A DNA stretch of 64,000 bases from a virus. Its lineage: Duplodnaviria; Caudoviricetes. The stretch lies in IMG/VR virus record IMGVR_UViG_3300030419_004766, positions 1,945 to 65,944 of that record; one strand, 5' to 3'. Shown piece after piece: positions 55,117 through 64,000 of the stretch (positions within the stretch are counted from its first letter, which is position 1; every line of letters starts with the position of its first letter). The notes below the pieces were generated by a model. The model searched no databases. It worked only from the letters and a program-made list of their open reading frames with translations, and was not told where the DNA came from. A program made the position numbers and the translations under genes.

Positions 55117-55840
55117 AAAAAATTCCCGTTTCATAGCTCCTGCAAAAGCACTAGACGCTGGAAAATCAGAACACAAATTTGTGAGTGTGATTATACCTGC
55201 TGCCGGTATGGGTAACAGGATGAAGTCGTATGGGCCAAAGTGTTTATTCCCTACCTCAAAAGGTTCTACCATACTTACAAAAATAGTAAGTAACGTCAAA
55301 AAAGTTTACCCCCATTGCGAAATAATCGTAGCAGTCGGCTTTGACGCCGACAAGGTTATTAAAGAGGCTCCTCAAGATGTTAGAGTTGTTGAGAATCAGC
55401 TTTATGACACAACCAACATGGTGGAGAGCATCAGGTTATCATTAAATAACTGTATGTATAACGATGTTATAATAATCAATGGAGACTTAATATTTAACGT
55501 GTACACTTTGCAAAATCTGACCTGTGGTGGATCTTGCATAGTTATAGATAATCAAAAAAGATTTCAAAAGAATGAAATTGGAGTTACTGTTGTTGACAAT
55601 AACGCGGTGCATTTCTCATATGGGCTGCCTACCAAATGGGCGCAAATAGTTTACCTGACTGGAAAAGAATTGAAGCTATTTAAAGAATTTTGTGGAGACA
55701 GGGAAAACAATAAAAAATACACATTTGAAATATTAAACATGGTTATTGAAGCTGGTGGATGTATAGTAACAGACGAGCCAAAAGGAATGAGAATAACAGA
55801 AATAGATTCTATGAAAGATCTTCCGGGCTGGGACAAATAA
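55109..55840 (+). CDS. Sugar/choline-phosphate nucleotidyltransferase (LicC-like NTP transferase)
   Basis: IPAAGMGNRM..GPKCL, INGDL and EIDS..DL motifs. Confidence 0.78.
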   Translation: MVRKNSRFIAPAKALDAGKSEHKFVSVIIPAAGMGNRMKSYGPKCLFPTSKGSTILTKIVSNVKKVYPHCEIIVAVGFDADKVIKEAPQDVRVVENQLYDTTNMVESIRLSLNNCMYNDVIIINGDLIFNVYTLQNLTCGGSCIVIDNQKRFQKNEIGVTVVDNNAVHFSYGLPTKWAQIVYLTGKELKLFKEFCGDRENNKKYTFEILNMVIEAGGCIVTDEPKGMRITEIDSMKDLPGWDK

Positions 55841-55841
55841 A

Positions 55842-56903
55842 ATGAAGGTAATGATATCAAGTGACGGACCCCATGCGCACTACCACATCAGGATGGGCTG
55901 GGGTAGAGTATTCGATGCTATGGGGTATCAAGCTACCCTATGGGATATACATCAAAAAAACGCATTCGATGCTTTTGATGAATTTGAACCAGATATATTT
56001 TGCGGCCAAACGTATAACTTAAATGACTCTGTGTATAAATGTATTAAAGAAAGACCCCACCTTAAAGTCATGATGAAAGGTGCCGATTGGGGGGATATGC
56101 AAAAAGAAATAGACCCCGACAAATATGGGGTTCTATTTGCTAATGAAGAAGAGAAAAAACTGGTAGAAAAATTAAAGTCTGAAACTGACAAACCAGACTT
56201 TTTACACATCTACTACCATGACAATTGGGTAAACAAGACCCACAATTTTTGGGAAGAAACTGGATGTCGAACAGTTTCCATTATGAACGCGGCAGATTTA
56301 TTCATGTATACCGGGGGAGTGTTTAAACCAGAGTACGAATGCGATGTATCTTTTGTGGGCGGATATTGGCCATACAAGGCTCAGAATATGGATAAATATC
56401 TGATGCCTTTAACGCACCCGGTTGGAAAATATAATGTTAAATTTTTTGGAAACCAAGGATGGCCCGGAGCACACTACATGGGGTGGATCGACGACGAACA
56501 GGTTAGGCATCTACTGGCGTCGTCTAAAATCTGTCCAAATATTAGTGAGCCGCACGCAACAGATTTTGGGTTCGATATAAATGAAAGAACTTTTAAAATT
56601 CTATCCAATAAGTCTTTTTGTATTTCTGATTCTGTCCAGTCTATGATAGAGGATGTTTATACAAACGACGAAGTTGTGTTTGCTAGCACTGCTGAAGAGT
56701 TTCAAGAACTAGTAAACCACTTTGTAAAATATCCAAACGAGCGTCTACCCTACATAAGACGCGGCTATGAAACAGTCATGAACAACCATACGTATTTTCA
56801 TAGAGTTTCCAAAATGCTTTCTGAGTTTGGCCTTGAAAGTGAATCTGTGAGATGTCTTGAAATATACGAACAGGTAAAAAAGATGATGGGAATTGAAGTA
56901 TGA
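55842..56903 (+). CDS. CgeB-like glycosyltransferase
   Basis: DVSFVG, KICPNI, INERTF and NHTYFHRV motifs. Confidence 0.72.
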   Translation: MKVMISSDGPHAHYHIRMGWGRVFDAMGYQATLWDIHQKNAFDAFDEFEPDIFCGQTYNLNDSVYKCIKERPHLKVMMKGADWGDMQKEIDPDKYGVLFANEEEKKLVEKLKSETDKPDFLHIYYHDNWVNKTHNFWEETGCRTVSIMNAADLFMYTGGVFKPEYECDVSFVGGYWPYKAQNMDKYLMPLTHPVGKYNVKFFGNQGWPGAHYMGWIDDEQVRHLLASSKICPNISEPHATDFGFDINERTFKILSNKSFCISDSVQSMIEDVYTNDEVVFASTAEEFQELVNHFVKYPNERLPYIRRGYETVMNNHTYFHRVSKMLSEFGLESESVRCLEIYEQVKKMMGIEV

Positions 56904-57643
56904 AGTTAACATTCGGGATTGTTACGTACAGCGGTCACGATGGAACAGATAATATCCCGAAAGTAAACCAAATCATTGATGCTATAGAAGAAGAAAATAT
57001 ACCCGAATATGAGATTATTATAGTTGGCGATTTTGCGTGGGAGAGAGAAAATACCCGCGTAATAAAATTTGACGAAACCGTTAAGAAGGGTTGGATCACT
57101 CGCAAAAAAAACATAATTACAGAAGAAGCTAAGCATGATATTATCGTATATACACACGACTATATCAGGCCAGTACGAGGCTTCTACAGAGGGTGGTTAA
57201 AATTTGGCGACGATTGGGACATTGCTATGAATGTCGTCAAGAATTACAACGGAGCAAGATATAGAGACTGGGTAGTGTTGGACGACCCAAGAGTCAAGCC
57301 CGGATGGATTCAAGAGGAGCCGTGGTGTCCACCCGGAGGAAAAATAAGAGAAGGGCGATCATTTTTTCCGTCCTATGATTATAAAGACACTCAGTACATG
57401 TATATTTCTGGTGGGTATTGGGTTGCTAAAAAACACGTAATGCAAGAAGAACCTTTGAATGAAGACATAGTGTGGGGTCAGGCAGAGGACGTTGAGTGGT
57501 CTGATAGGATAAGAGAAAAGTACAGGTATGTGATGAACACCCACTCCGCTGTACAACTCGACCATTACAAAGATCCCATTCTTCCAACGTTTGATCATTA
57601 TTTAATGAGCAACGCTTATATCAGAAAAGATCTTGTGGCATGA
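56900..57643 (+). CDS. Glycosyltransferase family 2-like
   Basis: WITRKKN, YTHDY and WGQAEDVEW motifs. Confidence 0.65.
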   Translation: MKLTFGIVTYSGHDGTDNIPKVNQIIDAIEEENIPEYEIIIVGDFAWERENTRVIKFDETVKKGWITRKKNIITEEAKHDIIVYTHDYIRPVRGFYRGWLKFGDDWDIAMNVVKNYNGARYRDWVVLDDPRVKPGWIQEEPWCPPGGKIREGRSFFPSYDYKDTQYMYISGGYWVAKKHVMQEEPLNEDIVWGQAEDVEWSDRIREKYRYVMNTHSAVQLDHYKDPILPTFDHYLMSNAYIRKDLVA

Positions 57644-59019
57644 TTAAATTAGTTATCTTCGATCTAGACGGCGTTTTAGTAGAAGCTAGAGATATACACT
57701 ACCACGCTTTAAACAGAGCTTTGTCTACTATTGATGACAGATATGTTATCAACAGGGATGAGCATCTGTCTACATATGATGGTTTGCCCACTAAAAAGAA
57801 GCTAGAGATATTGACCAAAGAAAAGGGTCTCCCAAAAGATAGTTATCAGGAAATATGGGAAAGAAAGCAAGAGTGTACTGCTGAAATTATAAAGGAGCAC
57901 ATAACACCGGACGATCATAAATCAATCGAGAAAGCCTTGTCTTCGTTAAAGGAACAAGGCCATGCTGTATATTGCGCATCTAATTCGATTAGAAACAGTG
58001 TTAAATTAATGCTACTATGCGCAGGATACATGGAACACATTGACGAATATTTTTCAAATGAAGATGTGAATTCTCCTAAACCGCACTCCGAAATATATTT
58101 AAGATGCATGGTGAAGGCTGGAGTAAACCCAAAGGAGTGCCTTATAGTTGAAGATTCTCATGTCGGCAGAAAAGCGGCTAGCGAATCTGGCGCCCATGTT
58201 ATGGGTGTGAAGGGTTTAGAAGATGTAACGCAGGAAAATATTAACAACAGCATAGCGAAGGCTAACAAAACAAATAAGTCTCGTTTTCTAAAACCTAAAT
58301 GGCAGGGTGGGAATATGAAAGTTTTAATCCCCATGGCCGGGGCAGGATCAAGGTTCGAACAAGCAGGGTATACATTTCCAAAGCCACTCATAGAAGTCAA
58401 TGGAAAGCCAATGATCCAGCTTGTTGTAGAAAATATTAATGTGGATGCTGAGCACATCTTTATTGTGCAAAAAGAGCACTACGAAAAATATAACCTTCAA
58501 TATCTCTTGCATTTGATATCTCCAAATTGCAAAATTGTACAGGTGGATGGTATAACAGAAGGGGCGGCATGTACTACATTGCTCGCTAAAGAATTCATTG
58601 ACAACGATGAGCCTCTCCTCACAGCGAATTCGGATCAATTTGTAGACTGGGACAGCAACGAATTTTTGTATGCCATGCAAGCGGACGGTGTGGATGGAGG
58701 CATACTCACATTTGACTCCGTTCACCCCAAATGGAGTTTTGCCAAAGTGGATGATAGTGGATTTGTTACTGAGGTAGCAGAAAAGAAACCTATAAGCAAT
58801 AATGCTACAGTCGGTATCTACTACTGGTCTAAAGGAAGCGACTACGTAAAATACGCAGAACAAATGATAGCTGCTGATAGACGTGTCAACAACGAATTCT
58901 ATGTTTGTCCTGTTTTTAATGAAGCTATAAAAGACGACAAGAAAGTTAGAATATTCCCCATAGAAAATATGTGGGGCTTGGGAACCCCGGAAGATCTGGA
59001 AATTTTTCTAAAGAAATAG
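57640..59019 (+). CDS. HAD phosphatase fused to sugar-phosphate nucleotidyltransferase
   Basis: FDLDGVL, KPHSEIY and VEDS (HAD); IPMAGAGSRF, PKPLI and GLGTPEDL (NTP transferase). Confidence 0.88.
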   Translation: MIKLVIFDLDGVLVEARDIHYHALNRALSTIDDRYVINRDEHLSTYDGLPTKKKLEILTKEKGLPKDSYQEIWERKQECTAEIIKEHITPDDHKSIEKALSSLKEQGHAVYCASNSIRNSVKLMLLCAGYMEHIDEYFSNEDVNSPKPHSEIYLRCMVKAGVNPKECLIVEDSHVGRKAASESGAHVMGVKGLEDVTQENINNSIAKANKTNKSRFLKPKWQGGNMKVLIPMAGAGSRFEQAGYTFPKPLIEVNGKPMIQLVVENINVDAEHIFIVQKEHYEKYNLQYLLHLISPNCKIVQVDGITEGAACTTLLAKEFIDNDEPLLTANSDQFVDWDSNEFLYAMQADGVDGGILTFDSVHPKWSFAKVDDSGFVTEVAEKKPISNNATVGIYYWSKGSDYVKYAEQMIAADRRVNNEFYVCPVFNEAIKDDKKVRIFPIENMWGLGTPEDLEIFLKK

Positions 59020-59020
59020 C

Positions 59021-59461
59021 ATGAAGCTTATATCGCATCGAGGAAATCTGGTTGGTGCAGACCCCGGAAAAGAGAACAAGCCGTCTTATATAAAGAACGC
59101 TCTTAAATTGGGGTATGACGTTGAAATCGACGTGTGGAATTTAAACGGAACTTGGTTGCTGGGTCATGATAATCCGCAGTTTGAAATTGATATTGACTTT
59201 CTCATGAATCCCAAGCTCCTTTGTCACGCAAAAAATTTAACTGCCCTAGACAAGATGTTGGTTCACACAAATATACATTGCTTTTGGCATCAAGAAGATC
59301 ATTACACTATAACTAGCAGTGGATTTATAGTCAGCTATCCCGGCTACGAAATAACCCCAAGGACAATTTGCATGAAACCGGAATTGGCCTCTCTAGATTC
59401 TGTTTCTAATTGTCACGGCATATGCTCTGACTATATTCAAAAGTGGGAATCCCATGTCTGA
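59021..59461 (+). CDS. GDPD/PI-PLC-like small phosphodiesterase
   Basis: ISHRGN, EN, DVEIDVW, LGHD and CSD motifs. Confidence 0.7.
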   Translation: MKLISHRGNLVGADPGKENKPSYIKNALKLGYDVEIDVWNLNGTWLLGHDNPQFEIDIDFLMNPKLLCHAKNLTALDKMLVHTNIHCFWHQEDHYTITSSGFIVSYPGYEITPRTICMKPELASLDSVSNCHGICSDYIQKWESHV

Positions 59462-60407
59462 AATAAGTATAACTTTTCTTCAGCACAGACGCGATTATAT
59501 AGATCTGTTTATACACTTTATCAACAAGATAAAGCCAGAGAACAGAAAGCTTCTTAGCATAAATTTTATGCTAACAGACAACCTTGATCTTAGTTATTTA
59601 GAAACAGATGTCCCATATAAGCTAATGTATTTTAGCGGAAGAAGACCTACAAACAACTATAAAGCAAAAATGTGGGCAATGCTTGAAGAGAACTGCAAGT
59701 ATACTGTTAAATTTGACGAAGATATCATTATGAGTAATCATGTATGGGATTACATGATTGAAAATAGAGAAGTTTTGTATGACGATCCAAGTATAGTTGC
59801 TTTAACTCCAGTTGTAAATATTGGCGTTCCCACATGCGACATGTTTATAGATGACTTTTGCTCCGAAGAGGACAAAAGCACTCTTCACAAGATGTTCCTA
59901 TCTCAAGACATGGACGAGACAGCCGGTAGTAGATGGGGAGTAAGAGAATACGAATCTTTAAATCAACACACTTTACAGGCAGATGTCTGGAATCCAGAAG
60001 CGTACTGGAAAACAGTAGGACAAATTAAAAATACTTTAAAAGGCATACATCCTGTTAGAGTTGATTTTGAAGCTCAAACAATGCTAGCAGATATTGTCAC
60101 AAACAACATTCCGTCATTTCTTAAAAAGAATGACTATAGCATAGATAAAACTTGGAGGCCATACCTTTGTAATGATACTTGTATGACTAGAACTGATGTT
60201 TATAGAACTATTGAAGATATCCACCCGTTTGAACCATACGATGAGATCCCTCTTAATCTATACAGACAGGAAAGAGATCTTCGCTTTGGATTTATAAGAA
60301 ATGGTTTAGCTTTACACACATTGTATGGATATGTCTCTACTGGATATCAAGAGAGATTAGATATGGAGGATGAAATTTATAAATCTATCAAAAGCTCGGT
60401 ACAATGA
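59454..60407 (+). CDS. Glycosyltransferase-like hypothetical
   Basis: KFDEDI (DXD-like) motif; lies in the glycan cluster. Confidence 0.55.
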   Translation: MSEISITFLQHRRDYIDLFIHFINKIKPENRKLLSINFMLTDNLDLSYLETDVPYKLMYFSGRRPTNNYKAKMWAMLEENCKYTVKFDEDIIMSNHVWDYMIENREVLYDDPSIVALTPVVNIGVPTCDMFIDDFCSEEDKSTLHKMFLSQDMDETAGSRWGVREYESLNQHTLQADVWNPEAYWKTVGQIKNTLKGIHPVRVDFEAQTMLADIVTNNIPSFLKKNDYSIDKTWRPYLCNDTCMTRTDVYRTIEDIHPFEPYDEIPLNLYRQERDLRFGFIRNGLALHTLYGYVSTGYQERLDMEDEIYKSIKSSVQ

Positions 60408-60509
60408 ATCCAGAAGATGTAAAAAAGTATATGGATGCCATTCATCCATTACCACATATAGAATATCATAAAAACGATCACAAAATTATTATCCCAAAGG
60501 AAGAAACAG

Positions 60510-61235
60510 ATGAAAAGCCTGAAAGAGATAGCTCTGGACACCCCGGACCAGACGATGCTTGAAGCCCCCGTGCTGCACTACACGGAGGTTTATGACAAAT
60601 TCTTTGCAGACATCAGACAAGAAAAACTTAGATTTCTTCTGATAGGAATTGGGCAAGGCGGCTGTCTTAAGATGTGGAAAGAGTATTTTCCCAACGCTGA
60701 AATTTTTGCCATGGACATTCGCCCAGAGTGTAAAGAGTTTGAAGAAGAGGGGATCGAGGTTCACATTGGTGACCAAGGCGATCAAGAATTTATCTCTTCA
60801 TTTCTAGAGGAAACCGGTGGCGGATTCGACATCATTATTGATGATGGTGGCCATCAGATGTATCAACAAATCAACTCAATTCTCTTGCTGTGGAACTCTG
60901 TCAATCCAGAGGGTCAGTACGTTATTGAAGACACTCATACTTCTTATTGGGCACACTTTGGTGGAAGCATCCATGGCCCCAACATGAGGGTGCAGTCGCC
61001 CGGACAGATCCAGATTACCACCGTAGACCTACTAAAATCGTTCATTGACAATCTACACGCAATCCACACTGGCAGAGACACAATGTGGCCCGCCGATTAT
61101 GTAGAATATCTAGAACTTAAAGAATCCGAAAATCCATATATACACTCAAGAGTAATAGAACCCATAGAAGGAATTAACGGCACATTAGAATCAATGCATT
61201 TTTATGACTCTATAGTGGTGATGGTCAAAGCATGA
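60510..61235 (+). CDS. Class I SAM methyltransferase (MycE/ElmM-like sugar O-methyltransferase)
   Basis: IGIGQGG, GDQGD, DIIIDDGGH and YVIED motifs. Confidence 0.8.
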   Translation: MKSLKEIALDTPDQTMLEAPVLHYTEVYDKFFADIRQEKLRFLLIGIGQGGCLKMWKEYFPNAEIFAMDIRPECKEFEEEGIEVHIGDQGDQEFISSFLEETGGGFDIIIDDGGHQMYQQINSILLLWNSVNPEGQYVIEDTHTSYWAHFGGSIHGPNMRVQSPGQIQITTVDLLKSFIDNLHAIHTGRDTMWPADYVEYLELKESENPYIHSRVIEPIEGINGTLESMHFYDSIVVMVKA

Positions 61236-61768
61236 TACTGCTATCTAATAATCTAAGAAATTATATGCATATACCCGATCACTATGTGATACGGGTAAAT
61301 CTTGCATGGACATTTTCTTTGGATGATCTTATAGAAAATCTTAACAGTCACCGCAACGACTTTTTTATTGATATTCCATCTGGTAGAAGTAAGCCTCCCA
61401 GCAACAAATATAGCTTAGAAAGGCTATATCCAATTTTTAGAGAGCATCCAAACGTAAGATACGTTGCTATATCAAATGTGGAAAAATCTTCCCAACTAGA
61501 TAACTGGAGGGTCTTTGGGGCGAGACCAATACTTGTCCCAAAAATTGAAAGCATAGCGGGCGTAGAGAACATAGATGAGATCATGTCGTCTATCCAGACT
61601 GAAAAAATTATCATGATCGACCACGACGATCTACACACATCCTTGCTGAAGAACGGAGTCTCCCCCTCTAAACTCTATAGCGACTATATTGACCCCTTAC
61701 TAGAGTATTGTGAAAAAAATAATGTGATAGCTCTAAGAACCAGAGGAATAGTATTTAGCAATGAGTGA
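61232..61768 (+). CDS. Pyruvate-kinase/HpcH-aldolase-like minimal barrel
   Basis: RVNLAW, VPKIES..GVENIDEI and IMIDHDDL patterns. Confidence 0.5.
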   Translation: MILLSNNLRNYMHIPDHYVIRVNLAWTFSLDDLIENLNSHRNDFFIDIPSGRSKPPSNKYSLERLYPIFREHPNVRYVAISNVEKSSQLDNWRVFGARPILVPKIESIAGVENIDEIMSSIQTEKIIMIDHDDLHTSLLKNGVSPSKLYSDYIDPLLEYCEKNNVIALRTRGIVFSNE

Positions 61769-62771
61769 ACTACCAAAAATCTTAGTCTCTTCGGTCATAA
61801 GATCGACAAATAGAGGCGATAGTCACGGCGGCCTATACGTCGTAGACCTAGAGAAAGGCTCGCACGAGCAGGTTCTTGATTGGAAATACGACCATATAAA
61901 CTGGGACAGCGGAGGTGGAGACAGAGGGTTAAGAGGTCTAGCTTTCTACAATGGAGAGCTTTATGCCGCTGGAGCGAGGTCTATATTTGTCTTCGACAAA
62001 GATTACAATCTTGTCAGACAATACAGGCACAACCTTCTTGCCGGGACTCATGAGATATTTATATACAAAGATGTTCTATTCAGCATATCAAATGAATACG
62101 ATGTAATTATGACGTTTGATTTGAAGACCAATCAATGGATCTATGGTTTTCAACACACAATGGGTCTTCCCGTAGCGGTATTTGATACAGAAACACCCAT
62201 GGTTCCTGATATGGACGAAAAGGGTGATGTGATCATGGATGAAAACGATCCCACTCAACCAAAATGGACTATGCTCCCCAAGGAAGACACACTACACATA
62301 GACTCCATATCCGTGCATAACGGATGGATGTTTTACTCTGGTTCAAAAGCCGAACATTTATATGCTTTGAATCTTGAAACTCTACAACATTTGGCACAGG
62401 AACTGATTTTTCCTTTTACCCACAATGCGCAACCTTGGAAAAATGGTGTTGTATTTAATAGATCTGTTGAAAGTGATACGTGCTATCAAGTACAAAACGA
62501 TTTAACCAAACATTGGAGAACCCCATCGTTTCCCACTCCGGTCAAAAACTATTCTTACGATGACCACGCAAGAGTTGGATACACAAGAGGTATGGTTTTA
62601 ACTAAAGATCATGTAATTGTAGGGACATCTCCAGCCTCTATTCACGCATATTCTTTAGATAGCGATTTGCCGGTACAATCGGTCTATCTTAGCGACGATG
62701 TGAGGAACAGTGTGTGCGGAATGTGCGCCATTGACCCCTCAGAAGAAAGCCACGTTAACTGGAGCTTGTAA
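61761..62771 (+). CDS. Beta-propeller-like hypothetical protein (paralogue of 17724-18635)
   Basis: Shared HGGLY, GG.RGLRG, HEI and VGTSPA motifs. Confidence 0.65.
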   Translation: MSELPKILVSSVIRSTNRGDSHGGLYVVDLEKGSHEQVLDWKYDHINWDSGGGDRGLRGLAFYNGELYAAGARSIFVFDKDYNLVRQYRHNLLAGTHEIFIYKDVLFSISNEYDVIMTFDLKTNQWIYGFQHTMGLPVAVFDTETPMVPDMDEKGDVIMDENDPTQPKWTMLPKEDTLHIDSISVHNGWMFYSGSKAEHLYALNLETLQHLAQELIFPFTHNAQPWKNGVVFNRSVESDTCYQVQNDLTKHWRTPSFPTPVKNYSYDDHARVGYTRGMVLTKDHVIVGTSPASIHAYSLDSDLPVQSVYLSDDVRNSVCGMCAIDPSEESHVNWSL

Positions 62772-62780
62772 GTAAACAAA

Positions 62781-63977
62781 ATGAAAAAATTTCTAGATCT
62801 CGGCAAACAGCCGATAGCAAACGCCTTCGTAGAACCCAATAAATGTCAAGATGAATTTTTCTATGACTTAGAAGTTGGTTTCGATAAAGATACTAAGCTT
62901 GTTTCACATATGGAGTTTGTAGATCCTCCATTGATGTTTAATGATAGTTATGTGTATCACACATCCAGTTCTAGAACTATGGTTAAACATTTTGAAGAAA
63001 CAGCGAAGATGGTCAAGGAGAGATTTGGTCCTGATCGAGTGTTGGAAATCGGAAGTAACGACGGGACATTCCTCAGACATTTTGGTATAGCCCACGGTAT
63101 GGGAATTGAGCCTTGTGAAAACTTTGCCCAGTTCACCAGACAAATGGGCTTTATGACCTATAGCGAGTTTTGGGATAACAAGCTTGCTGTAGAAATAACA
63201 GGCAGACACGGAAGATTCTATACGATATATTCTGCAAACTGTATATGCCATATCCCAGACATTAGAGAAACCTTGAAAGCAGTCTACTTTGCTTTGGATG
63301 ATAATGGTGTCTTTATCTTTGAAGATCCATCCCTTCTAGAGATGATAGAGCGCAATTCTTATGATCAAATCTATGATGAACACGCGCATATTTTTTCCGT
63401 AACAGCTTTGAACAATTTGATAGAAGAAGCTGGAATGGAAATTTTTAGCGTGGACAAGACTCAAGTTCATGGGGGTTCTAACAGAATATATGTTCAGAAG
63501 GATGGAGGTCCACATCCACACGACGGAACATTAGAACTAGAATTGGAACAGGAAGACTTGTCCGGTCTAAATAAACAAAAAACATACACTGATTTTGCTA
63601 AAAGAGTGCAAAAGTCCAAGAAAGATCTTCTGGAGCTTTTGCACGACATTAAAGACGGAGGAAACAAGATTGTAAGTTACGGTGCTACTTCTAAGTCCAC
63701 TTCTATATTTAATTACTGTGGAATAGGAACAGACCTTGTAGACTATATCGTGGACACCACACCGGATAAGCAGGGAAAGTTGTCTCCCGGCGTGCATATC
63801 CCAGTAGTGTCTCCAGAAGAGGGGTTTGACGACTCCGTCGATTACGCTTTCTTAGGAGCTTGGAACTATCTTGATGAGATCACCAAGAAGGAAAGCGAGT
63901 TTCTCAGACGTGGTGGTCAGTTTATCACCCACGTTCCAGAGGTTAGAACTCTCAGAGGGGAACCGGCAAACGTATGA
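62781..63977 (+). CDS. NDP-hexose C-methyltransferase (NovU/TcaB9-like)
   Basis: LDLGKQPIANAF, EIGSNDG, YDQIYDEH, HGGS, YGATSK and AWNY motifs. Confidence 0.88.
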   Translation: MKKFLDLGKQPIANAFVEPNKCQDEFFYDLEVGFDKDTKLVSHMEFVDPPLMFNDSYVYHTSSSRTMVKHFEETAKMVKERFGPDRVLEIGSNDGTFLRHFGIAHGMGIEPCENFAQFTRQMGFMTYSEFWDNKLAVEITGRHGRFYTIYSANCICHIPDIRETLKAVYFALDDNGVFIFEDPSLLEMIERNSYDQIYDEHAHIFSVTALNNLIEEAGMEIFSVDKTQVHGGSNRIYVQKDGGPHPHDGTLELELEQEDLSGLNKQKTYTDFAKRVQKSKKDLLELLHDIKDGGNKIVSYGATSKSTSIFNYCGIGTDLVDYIVDTTPDKQGKLSPGVHIPVVSPEEGFDDSVDYAFLGAWNYLDEITKKESEFLRRGGQFITHVPEVRTLRGEPANV

Positions 63978-64000
63978 GGAATGTACTTGTTACTGGTGGT
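63974..64000 (+). CDS. NAD-dependent epimerase/dehydratase, partial (runs off the window)
   Basis: ATGA-coupled start MRNVLVTGG (Rossmann motif). Confidence 0.65.

Noticed and set aside
60404-60562. 52-aa ORF between two glycan genes
   Set aside because: It has an ATGA-coupled start but overlaps the next gene by 53 nt and has no recognisable features; too weak to list.
1-64000. Stop-codon reassignment
   Set aside because: Conserved genes are full-length under code 11, and TAA, TAG and TGA all end genes at coupled junctions.

Overview
This window is 64 kb of a large (jumbo/huge) tailed-phage genome. It is gene-dense, essentially every real gene is on the + strand, many are coupled by overlapping stop/start codons, and the standard genetic code fits. 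All product calls come from motif recognition by eye; no database searches were run. From left to right it contains: an rIIB-like gene and IscA; a first glycosyltransferase cluster; a sigma factor; an envelope module (permuted papain-like amidase, two signal-peptide trypsin-like proteases, holin-like ORF); GDP-fucose synthase; nucleotide metabolism (dCMP deaminase, class II RNR, dUTPase, PhoH, dNMP kinase, ThyX) with tRNA-Arg(UCU); a recombination/replication block (RecA/UvsX, UvsY-like, DnaB, DnaG, Cas4/AddB-like nuclease, SSB, second sigma); and a glycan synthesis/methylation island of about 16 kb running off the right end. The most striking feature is at 35-47 kb. A DNA polymerase III alpha (DnaE) is cleanly split into two genes with no intein, about 6.8 kb apart. 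The halves are interleaved with an apparent arginine/lysine catabolic module: ornithine-cyclodeaminase-family enzyme, half-size HPPD-like VOC enzyme, aldehyde dehydrogenase, ArgZ-like arginine dihydrolase, lysine 6-aminotransferase and saccharopine/lysine dehydrogenase. A DEDDh exonuclease sits directly before the second half. Several unexplained conserved intergenic motifs were also found. The host is not determinable here; a planctomycete-like bacterium is a weak inference.
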